Assembly (NCBI GenBank): GCA_033763905.1
Contig: JANRJP010000102.1
Coordinates: 40,430 to 104,429, forward strand
Direction: 5' to 3'
Length of the DNA: 64,000 nt
DNA from: Gemmatimonadaceae bacterium
GTDB lineage: Bacteria > Gemmatimonadota > Gemmatimonadetes > Gemmatimonadales > Gemmatimonadaceae
Below are positions 19,280 through 26,700 of this stretch, one piece after another (positions within the stretch are counted from its first letter, which is position 1; the number at the start of each line of letters is the position of its first letter). The notes under the pieces are model-generated. The model was given only the letters and a program-made list of their open reading frames with translations, did not search any database and was not told the origin of the DNA. The position numbers and the translations under genes are program-made.

Positions 19280-20901
19280 TGGCGATCAAGGGCTCGCTCC
19301 GCGAAGCGTCGCTGCCGGACGTCTTGCAACTCCTGTCGATGGGCAAGAAGACGGGCTGCTTGAGCGTCTCGCACAAGAACAATTTCGGCTACATCTATTT
19401 CGACAAGGGACGCATCTCGTTCGCGGCGATCGTCAATCGTCGGGATCGGCTCGGTGACATCCTCGTCAAGAGCGGGGTGATCACGCACGAGCAGCTCGAA
19501 GAGACGATCGCGCTCCAGTCGAAGAGCCGCGATATGCGGCTGGGCGATCTGCTCGTCGAGCGCGGTCTGCTGAGTCGCGAAGCCTTGCACCAGCAGATCA
19601 CCGTGCAGATCGAAGAGGCGGTGTACTTCCTCTTCACGTGGACGCAGGGGACGTTCTCGTTCGAGGCGGATGTGCTGCCCGATCTGCAGGACTTCCTCGT
19701 GTCGATCAATCCCGAGTCGCTGCTGCTCGAGGGCGCGCGCCGCGTCGACGAGTGGAGCGTCATCGAGAAGAAGATTCCGTCGTTCGACGTGGTGTTCGAG
19801 CTCGATCGGGCCAAGCTCGCCTTGGCGAACAACGAACTGTCGGCGGAACAGAAGGCGATCGCGCAGCTGATCGACGGTCGGCGGGATGTGGCCGAGATCG
19901 TCGAAGAGTCGGGGATGATCGAGTTCGACGTGGGCAAGGCGATGTACGGCTTGCTCACGGCCGGCTTCCTGCATCGCGTGGGAAAGACCAAGCCGCAGCA
20001 GTCGGATCCGCAGAGCGAACAGAAACTGCAGGAGCACCGCAATCTCGGCATCGCGTTCTACCGGACGGCGATGTATGACGAAGCGCTCCGCGAGTTCCGC
20101 CGCGTGCACGAACTGCGGGTCGGCGATCCGGTGGGCCGGTTCTACACGGCGCTACTCTTCCTGCGACAGAACAAGACGCAGGAGGCCGTGAGCGTGCTCC
20201 AGGATCTCGCGCAACACGGCACGGCCAAGGCCTCGGTGTTCCACAACCTCTCGCTGGCGCTCGAGCGGCTCGGGCGCTCGGACGAGGCGCGGGCCGCGCT
20301 GCAGGAAGCGATGACCCGCGGCGGCGAGACCGATGGGCTCGTGCATCTGTCGCGGGGGGTGTTGTTGCTCAAGGCGGGCGACCTGGCGGCCGCCGCCGCT
20401 GCGGTGGCAGAGGCGCGGCAGCACTTCGGGCGTCGGCCGCCGCCGGCGGTGTGGTTCCACTACGCCGGCCTGATCGATGCGCTTCGCGGTGACGTCGAGT
20501 CGGCCGAGACGGTGCTGCGCGAAGGGACCGAGGTGCATACGCACGCTGCCGTGCTCCATCTCAACCTCGCCGCAGTGCTCGAACGGCAAGGGAAGTACGA
20601 GCTCGCCTTGCAGTCGGCCGATCAGGCCGTGCTCGACGACCCGCAGCTCCCGCAGGCGCACAAGTCGCAGGGCGATCTCCACTACCGCGCGGGGCGCTTC
20701 GACGACGCGTGGGAGTCCTACAGCCGCGCCCTGCGGCTCGCGCCGGCGCTTGGCGCCGATTTGCACGTCAAGCTCGGCAATCTGCGGTTCAAGCGGCAGG
20801 AGACCCGCGATGCCGCCGCGCATTGGGAACGCGCGTTGCAGCTGGACCCGGAGAACGCGACCGCACGCGCGAATCTCGACGCGCTGGCCAAGGCCCGGTG
20901 A
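19279..20901 (+). CDS. DUF4388 (PATAN-like) domain protein with C-terminal TPRs (paralogue of 13963..15111)
   Basis: IKGSLREASLPDVLQLLSMGKKTGCL, LGDILVKSG, ESLLLEGARRVDEW, then multiple TPRs. Confidence 0.85.
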   Translation: MAIKGSLREASLPDVLQLLSMGKKTGCLSVSHKNNFGYIYFDKGRISFAAIVNRRDRLGDILVKSGVITHEQLEETIALQSKSRDMRLGDLLVERGLLSREALHQQITVQIEEAVYFLFTWTQGTFSFEADVLPDLQDFLVSINPESLLLEGARRVDEWSVIEKKIPSFDVVFELDRAKLALANNELSAEQKAIAQLIDGRRDVAEIVEESGMIEFDVGKAMYGLLTAGFLHRVGKTKPQQSDPQSEQKLQEHRNLGIAFYRTAMYDEALREFRRVHELRVGDPVGRFYTALLFLRQNKTQEAVSVLQDLAQHGTAKASVFHNLSLALERLGRSDEARAALQEAMTRGGETDGLVHLSRGVLLLKAGDLAAAAAAVAEARQHFGRRPPPAVWFHYAGLIDALRGDVESAETVLREGTEVHTHAAVLHLNLAAVLERQGKYELALQSADQAVLDDPQLPQAHKSQGDLHYRAGRFDDAWESYSRALRLAPALGADLHVKLGNLRFKRQETRDAAAHWERALQLDPENATARANLDALAKAR

Positions 20902-21713
20902 GCCTCGTGACCGCCCACGACGACGGTTCGCTCGACGCCTTGGCGGCGAAGATCGCGCGAGATCGCGGCTTCGCGGCCGGCTACTACAAGGATACCTGTC
21001 TGCGGCGGCGCATCGCCGTGCGGATGCGCGCGAATGGCGTGCACGACTATGCGCAGTACGCGGCGCTGCTCGACACCCGCGCCGATGAGTACGACAAGTT
21101 GCTCGACGCGCTGACGATCAACGTCACGCGGCTGTTCCGGAATCACGAGGCGTGGGAGGCGGTGGAGCGCCTCGTGTGGCCGTCGCTCTTCGCCGGCGTC
21201 GCGCCGGTGACGGTCTGGAGCGCGGGCTGCGCGACCGGCGAAGAGCCCGTGACGATCGTGATGAGCGCGCTGGCGTCGGGCGCGACGCCGCGGTCGGCCG
21301 ACCGGCTCGTGGTGCACGCGACGGACATCGATCCGCGCGCACTGGCGCGCGCGCGGGCCGGCGTGTTTCCGCACAGCGCGTTCGCCGAGACGCCGGGCGA
21401 GTGGCGCGATCGCTGGTTCACCGGCCCGGCCCGCGATACCGCCACGCCCGCGCTGCTTGCGCCGATTCGCTTCGCGCAGCGCGATCTGCTTCAGGATCCG
21501 CCGCCCGCGCGAGGGCTGCAGCTCGTGGTCTGCCGCAACGTGATGATCTACTTCGACCGCGAGCCGCAGGATCAGTTGCTGCGGACCTTCCACGATGCGC
21601 TCGCACCGGGAGGCTTCTTGCTGCTCGGCAAGGTGGAGTCGCTGCTCGGCCCCGCGCGTGCGCTGTTCGAGGTGGTCGACTCTCGCGAACGGCTGTTCCG
21701 GAGGGCGGCGTGA
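20898..21713 (+). CDS. cheR: Protein-glutamate O-methyltransferase CheR
   Basis: LTINVTRLFRN, VWSAGCATGEEP, ATDID, CRNVMIYFD, L.PGG.LLLG. Confidence 0.92.
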   Translation: MSLVTAHDDGSLDALAAKIARDRGFAAGYYKDTCLRRRIAVRMRANGVHDYAQYAALLDTRADEYDKLLDALTINVTRLFRNHEAWEAVERLVWPSLFAGVAPVTVWSAGCATGEEPVTIVMSALASGATPRSADRLVVHATDIDPRALARARAGVFPHSAFAETPGEWRDRWFTGPARDTATPALLAPIRFAQRDLLQDPPPARGLQLVVCRNVMIYFDREPQDQLLRTFHDALAPGGFLLLGKVESLLGPARALFEVVDSRERLFRRAA

Positions 21714-22204
21714 CGGTGACCGACTCGCTCACGGTGACCGTCCGCGTGGCCGATGCCGCCGCCGCCCGTGCCGATGTCACCCTGGTGACGCTGGGGCTGG
21801 GTTCCTGCGTCGCGGTGCTGTTGCACAATCCGGTCGTCGGGGCCGGTGCGCTGGCGCATATCCTGCTGCCGGATGAGTCGCTGTCCCGCGACACCTCGAA
21901 TCCGGCGAAGTTCGCGACGACGGCCATCCCGCTGATTCTCGACCGGATGGCGAGTTACGGGCCGCTCCGGGACGTGACGGCAAAGCTCGTGGGCGGGGCG
22001 CGGATGTTCGCGCAGCTGCTTCCCCAGGGCGGCGTCAATATGGGCGAGCGGAATCTGGTGGCGGCGCGGCAGACCCTGCGCGGCGCCGGCATTCCGATCG
22101 CCGCAGAAGACACCGGCGGCGAGTACGGGCGCAGCGTGTATTTCCACGTCGGCACCGGCCGGGTCACGGTGCGGTCGATCAAGGCCGGTGAGCGCACCCT
22201 CTAG
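21710..22204 (+). CDS. cheD: Chemoreceptor glutamine deamidase CheD
   Basis: TLGLGSCV (Cys), AHILLP (His), AKLVGGA.MF, GERN, EDTGG..GR. Confidence 0.92.
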   Translation: MTVTDSLTVTVRVADAAAARADVTLVTLGLGSCVAVLLHNPVVGAGALAHILLPDESLSRDTSNPAKFATTAIPLILDRMASYGPLRDVTAKLVGGARMFAQLLPQGGVNMGERNLVAARQTLRGAGIPIAAEDTGGEYGRSVYFHVGTGRVTVRSIKAGERTL

Positions 22205-23261
22205 CGCCGCGCGCACCGTGCTCGTCGTCGACGACTCCGCGTTTATGCGCAAGGTCGTCAGCGATCTCGTGGGCGCGTTGCCGGGCTTTCGGGTGATCGG
22301 CACGGCGCGAGACGGGCAACACGCGCTGGAGCAGGTGCACACGCTCGACCCCGACATCGTCACCCTCGATGTCGAGATGCCGGAGCTCGACGGGCTGCAG
22401 GCGTTGGGGTACATCATGAGCGAGACCCCGCGGCCGGTCGTGATGCTGTCGGCGGCCGACGGGGCCGATGGCGCGCTCACGCTGCGCGCGCTCGAACTCG
22501 GTGCCGTCGATTTCGTCCGCAAGCCGTCCGGCGCGATCTCGCTGGATCTCACACGCGTGCAGGATCGGCTGCATCAGGCATTGCTGGCCGCGGCCGAGGC
22601 GAATGTGGCGGGCGTGCGAGCCGTGGCTCGCTTGCCCCGGGTCTCGGCGGGCGTCGGCCTGTCGCCGCATACGGCGCGCAAGCTCGTCGTGATTGCGTGC
22701 TCGACCGGGGGGCCGCGGGCGCTGGTCGAGGTCATTCCGGCGCTGCCGGTGACGCTCGATGCTGCGGTGCTGGTCGTGCAGCATATGCCCAAGGGCTTCA
22801 CGCGCTCCCTCGCGGAGCGCCTCGATCACGCGAGTCGCTGTACCGTGCGTGAGGCCGCAGACGGCGCCGCCCTGCAGCGCGGGCTCGTGTATGTCGCCCC
22901 GGGCGGGCGGCATCTGGTGGTGGGCGAGCGTCCCGAGGGGCCCTGCTGCTCGATCGACGACTCGCCGCCGGTCTGGGGGGTGCGACCGGCCGCCGACGTC
23001 CTCTTTCGGAGCGCCGCCCGGGCTTACGGCGCGTCGGTCGTCGGCGTGGTGCTCACCGGGATGGGGCGGGACGGTGCCGAAGGCTTGTCGCGCATCCGCG
23101 AGGCGGGCGGCCGCGCCATCGTGCAAGACCGCGAAACAAGCACGATCTACGGAATGCCCCAGGCGGCGTTGCAGATTGCCGGCGCCGATCAGGTCGTGCC
23201 GTTGAGCGGCGTCGCGACGGCGATTCGCGAACTGGTGGCCACTGTGCCGGAGGCGGCGTGA
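22188..23261 (+). CDS. cheB: Chemotaxis response regulator methylesterase CheB
   Basis: REC domain (VVDDSAFMR, TLDVEMP) plus esterase triad motifs CSTGGP, VQHMP, LTGMGRDG. Confidence 0.95.
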   Translation: MSAPSSAARTVLVVDDSAFMRKVVSDLVGALPGFRVIGTARDGQHALEQVHTLDPDIVTLDVEMPELDGLQALGYIMSETPRPVVMLSAADGADGALTLRALELGAVDFVRKPSGAISLDLTRVQDRLHQALLAAAEANVAGVRAVARLPRVSAGVGLSPHTARKLVVIACSTGGPRALVEVIPALPVTLDAAVLVVQHMPKGFTRSLAERLDHASRCTVREAADGAALQRGLVYVAPGGRHLVVGERPEGPCCSIDDSPPVWGVRPAADVLFRSAARAYGASVVGVVLTGMGRDGAEGLSRIREAGGRAIVQDRETSTIYGMPQAALQIAGADQVVPLSGVATAIRELVATVPEAA

Positions 23262-23860
23262 GCACCCCGCGTCCACCGGAGGCGATCCCGATGCGGATGC
23301 CGACGCCAACGCAGTTGGCGGCGATCCTCAATCCCGATGCACCGCCCGCGCCGCCGCCGGCCATCCTCGAACCCGAGTTGCCCCCCGTCGCGCGCGCGCC
23401 GCTCAAGTCGTTACGGGCCCGCTTGGCCGATCGGGAGTCGGTGCCGATGCTCGTGCTGGAGGCGGGCAGCGAGCGGTACGTGGCGTCGCTGGCCGACGTG
23501 CTCGAAGCCGTCGACGCACCCGACATCCATCCGCTCCCGCGGATGTCCGGCGCGACCCGTGGGGTGCTACCGCTGCGCGGCGCCCTCGTGACGGTCCTCG
23601 ATCCGTCTCGGGTGCTCGGGCACCCCGCCGTCCGTGGCGACGCGGCGCTCGTCGTGTCGCACGCCGGCGGCCGCTTGGCCGTGCTGGTCGACGACGTCCT
23701 CGATGCGATGACCTTGGAGCCCTCCGCCGTACGCACCGTGCCCTCGGCGCTCGCCGCCGACCGGGTGTTGATTGGCGCCGTCCCGCACGACGGTCGCCTC
23801 GCCGGCATTCTTGATCTGGCGGCGTTGCTCGACGCCGCCCTTGCCCTCGCTGACCGATGA
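23258..23860 (+). CDS. cheW: CheW adaptor (copy 2) with Pro-rich N-terminus
   Basis: YV..LADVLEAV, PLP.....RGV..LRG.LV.VLD, AVLVDDV. Confidence 0.8.
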   Translation: MSTPRPPEAIPMRMPTPTQLAAILNPDAPPAPPPAILEPELPPVARAPLKSLRARLADRESVPMLVLEAGSERYVASLADVLEAVDAPDIHPLPRMSGATRGVLPLRGALVTVLDPSRVLGHPAVRGDAALVVSHAGGRLAVLVDDVLDAMTLEPSAVRTVPSALAADRVLIGAVPHDGRLAGILDLAALLDAALALADR

Positions 23861-24375
23861 CCGCCGCTCCGCACCATCAGCAACTCGTGGCCTTCCGGCT
23901 CGGGAATGACCAGTTCGCTGCCGACGTCTTCAGCGTCGAGCGGGTGCTGCGCTACGTGCCACCGCGCGCGATCCCCAATGTGCCGGCCTGGATCGCGGGA
24001 GTGGTCGACTATCAGCAGCGGGTCGTGCCGGTGATCGATCTGCGGGCCCGCTTCGAGCTGCCGCCCGTTCCGCCGAAACCCGAGACTCGCATCCTCGTGC
24101 TGCACGTCGATGGGGAGTGGATTGGCGCCATCGTCGATGCCGTCACCGAAGTCGCGAGCGTCGAGGCCGGGGCCGTCCAGCCACCGCCCCCGCTGTTCCG
24201 CGGGCTGTCGGCCGCCTTCCTCAAGGGCGTCGTCCGTCGCGGCGACGCGCTGATCGTGGTGCTCGACACCGCGCGCCTGCTGTCGACCACCGAACGCCTG
24301 GTGCTCGAGCAGGCGGGCAGTGCGCCGAGTCGTGAGACCGATCTTCCCACCGCTGGAGCACCAGCCGATGCCTGA
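23857..24375 (+). CDS. cheW: CheW adaptor (copy 3)
   Basis: QLVAFRLG.DQFA.DV.SVERV, IPNVP.WIAGV.D...VVPVIDLR.RF, IVDAVTEV. Confidence 0.9.
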   Translation: MTAAPHHQQLVAFRLGNDQFAADVFSVERVLRYVPPRAIPNVPAWIAGVVDYQQRVVPVIDLRARFELPPVPPKPETRILVLHVDGEWIGAIVDAVTEVASVEAGAVQPPPPLFRGLSAAFLKGVVRRGDALIVVLDTARLLSTTERLVLEQAGSAPSRETDLPTAGAPADA

Positions 24376-25219
24376 CTCCCGTTCCCTCAGCTTCAAGGAT
24401 CGCTACGCCGCGATCGACGCACGGCTCGACGCCGGGCTCGCCGCGAGCGAGCGCGACGCGACCAAGGCCGAGATCATCGCGCTGTTCAAGCAGGTCGAAC
24501 AGGAGATCACCGACCTGAGCGCCCTCAAGGACCAGATCAAGGCCCTCGTCGACAAGTGGAAGGCGGCGGCGCCGTCGATGGCCCCGCAGTTCACGGGCGA
24601 AAAGCCGGTCGTCCATCAGGATCACATCGGGGCGTCGACCTTCATCGAGAAGGGCTGGAGCCGCATCTCGCTGGGCGACTATCCTGCCGCCGAGGAAGCC
24701 CTCGTGAAGGCGCTGGAGCTCTCGCCGAACGAGACCCAGGCGACGTCGCTGCTGGGCTGGGCGCAGATGCTGCAGGAGAAGTACGACGACGCCCTGATGA
24801 ACTTCCAGAAGGTGCTGATCAAGGAGCCGGCGAACTCCTTGGCACGGATCAACGTCGGCTACATCTGCCTCAAGAAGCGGATTTTTGGGGAGGCCATCGA
24901 GCATCTCTCGCGCGCGATCCGGCTCGACAACGACAAGAAGGCCACGCTCTACGCGCACTTCTATCTCGGGCTGGTGTATCTGGAACGGGAGATGTCGGAG
25001 GACGCGATCACCTTCTTCCGCAAGACGCTGGCGCTCGGGCCGAATCTGCTCGAGGCCTACTACGAACTGGGGCGCGCCTACTGGCAGTTGGGCGACCGGG
25101 CGCAGGGGTTGCAGGCGTGGAAGGACGGCTTCGCGGCGAACAAGTTCAATCCGTGGGGCAAGAAGTGCGGCGAACTCGTGAAGGTGGTCGAGGCGGGCGG
25201 GGAACCGTCGATCGCGTGA
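24368..25219 (+). CDS. TPR protein with N-terminal coiled coil
   Basis: Helical N-terminus (IIALFKQVEQEITDLSALKDQIKAL) followed by ~5 TPRs; strongly biased codon usage. Confidence 0.85.
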   Translation: MPDSRSLSFKDRYAAIDARLDAGLAASERDATKAEIIALFKQVEQEITDLSALKDQIKALVDKWKAAAPSMAPQFTGEKPVVHQDHIGASTFIEKGWSRISLGDYPAAEEALVKALELSPNETQATSLLGWAQMLQEKYDDALMNFQKVLIKEPANSLARINVGYICLKKRIFGEAIEHLSRAIRLDNDKKATLYAHFYLGLVYLEREMSEDAITFFRKTLALGPNLLEAYYELGRAYWQLGDRAQGLQAWKDGFAANKFNPWGKKCGELVKVVEAGGEPSIA

Positions 25220-26238
25220 CGCGGTGGGCGCGGCGCGCGCTGACGTCGCTCGCCGCAGGCGTGACGCTCCTCGCCTCGGCCTCGGCGGCGGCGCTCGGCG
25301 CGCAGGATGCCGGCGCAACGCGCCTCGATGGGGGGCGCTTCTCGGTGTACGCCTACCCGCAGGACGCCGCGCTGGCCCGCGCGGTGCTCGAGGCGGCCCG
25401 CACGCGTGACACGTTTCCCGGCCTGCCCAGGCCCACGCGACGCGTGGTGATTGCGATCGCGCCCGACGCGCGTCGCTTTCGGGAGTGGGTCGGCCCCTCC
25501 GCGCCGGAGTGGGGAAGTGCCATCGCGTTTCCCGACGAGCAGCGGACGGTGCTCCACGGGCGATCGGCGTCCAGCGATGCCGGCGATCCGATCCGCGTCC
25601 TGCGCCACGAGCTGGCGCACTTGGCGTTGCACGAAGCGCTGCCCGACGCCGAGATCCCGCGGTGGTTCGACGAGGGGTATGCGAGCCTCGTCGCCGGTGA
25701 ATGGGGGCGCGACGAATTGATCGCGTTGCAGCTCGCGCTGGCGGCGCGGCGCGGGGGGAGTCTGGCGGCGCTGGATTCGGCCTTCACCGGTGGGGCCGTA
25801 CGCGCCGAAGCGGCCTACGCCCTAGCGACGCGGGCCGTCATCGATCTCGCCGCGCTGGATCCCGCGCGCGGGCTGGCGCTGCTGTTCGATTACTGGCGGA
25901 GCGACCGGCGCCTGGATGTGGCGGTGCGCCACGCCTACGGCATCACGCTGTCCGGCTTCGAAGTGCAATGGGCGGAACGGACGCGGCGACGGTACGGCGC
26001 GCTGGCCATTGCCTCGGATCTCGGGTTGGCGGGCATCGTCCTGTTGCTCGTCCTGGGGCCGCTATGGTGGGCACGGCGGCGCCGGGACCGGCGGCGCCTC
26101 GCGGCGATGGCCGCCGCCGACGCGGCAGCCGAGGCCCGGGCGCGGGCGCAGGCGCTGGAGGCCCTGCTGGCGCTCGGCGCGCCCCCTCCCGCCGACGGCG
26201 CACCCCCAGTGCCTCCACCAAGCGAAGGGACGCGCTAG
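25216..26238 (+). CDS. Putative exported, membrane-anchored zinc metallopeptidase (MA clan)
   Basis: Signal-peptide-like N-terminus, LRHELAHLAL (HExxH), PRWFDEGYA, C-terminal TM followed by Arg-rich tail. Confidence 0.75.
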   Translation: MTRWARRALTSLAAGVTLLASASAAALGAQDAGATRLDGGRFSVYAYPQDAALARAVLEAARTRDTFPGLPRPTRRVVIAIAPDARRFREWVGPSAPEWGSAIAFPDEQRTVLHGRSASSDAGDPIRVLRHELAHLALHEALPDAEIPRWFDEGYASLVAGEWGRDELIALQLALAARRGGSLAALDSAFTGGAVRAEAAYALATRAVIDLAALDPARGLALLFDYWRSDRRLDVAVRHAYGITLSGFEVQWAERTRRRYGALAIASDLGLAGIVLLLVLGPLWWARRRRDRRRLAAMAAADAAAEARARAQALEALLALGAPPPADGAPPVPPPSEGTR

Positions 26239-26247
26239 CTTTCAGGA

Positions 26248-26424
26248 ATGCCCGACACTCCGACTCCGACCCGCTCGTCGCGCCCCCTGCTGTGGTGGGG
26301 TGCTGCGGCCCTGACGCTCCTTGCCGGCTACGCCGATCTGATCCGCGGTGGCGAAACCATCTCCGCGATTCTGCTGGTGATCGGGTACTGCGTGCTCGTT
26401 CCGGCCGCGATTCTGAAGGTCTGA
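26248..26424 (+). CDS. Small two-TM membrane protein (58 aa), DUF3098-like
   Basis: Own translation MPDTPTPTRSSRPLLWWGAAALTLLAGYADLIRGGETISAILLVIGYCVLVPAAILKV; TAGCTT-N6-ATG upstream; not in the ORF track (shorter than its shortest ORFs). Confidence 0.75.
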   Translation: MPDTPTPTRSSRPLLWWGAAALTLLAGYADLIRGGETISAILLVIGYCVLVPAAILKV

Positions 26425-26556
26425 CGCGAGCTGGCCGGCCTGCCTCGGCAACAATCCGGCCGAGGCATCCGTTATTGCTTGCGTCGCCCTTGCTGGGCGG
26501 CGAAATTTCTCGGCTCCGTGTCTCGGTTGGCTGCAGGGCGGGCCGAGGCTGGCGCC

Positions 26557-26630
26557 GGGCGAATAGCTCAGTTGGTTAGAGCACCTGTCTTACACACAGG
26601 AAGTCGGGGGTTCGAGTCCCTCTTCGCCCA
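26557..26630 (+). tRNA. tRNA-Val (anticodon TAC), CCA not encoded
   Basis: GGGCGAA/TTCGCCC acceptor stem, D-arm GCTC-AGTTGGTTA-GAGC, anticodon arm CCTGT-CTTACAC-ACAGG, T-arm GGGGG-TTCGAGT-CCCTC. Confidence 0.97.
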
Positions 26631-26700
26631 TCGGTGGGAACAGGACCCCGCGCCGCGCGTGTGGGGTAGGTCAGTCAACGTCTTGATGGAGTGCGCGCTG

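Noticed and set aside
26557..26700. tRNA-Val as integration site of a genomic island
   Set aside because: No integrase, no duplicated tRNA 3' end seen, flanks are core-like in composition
26479..26700. ORF-track start of the TPR gene running through the tRNA
   Set aside because: Overlaps tRNA-Val; RBS and signal peptide support ATG 26701
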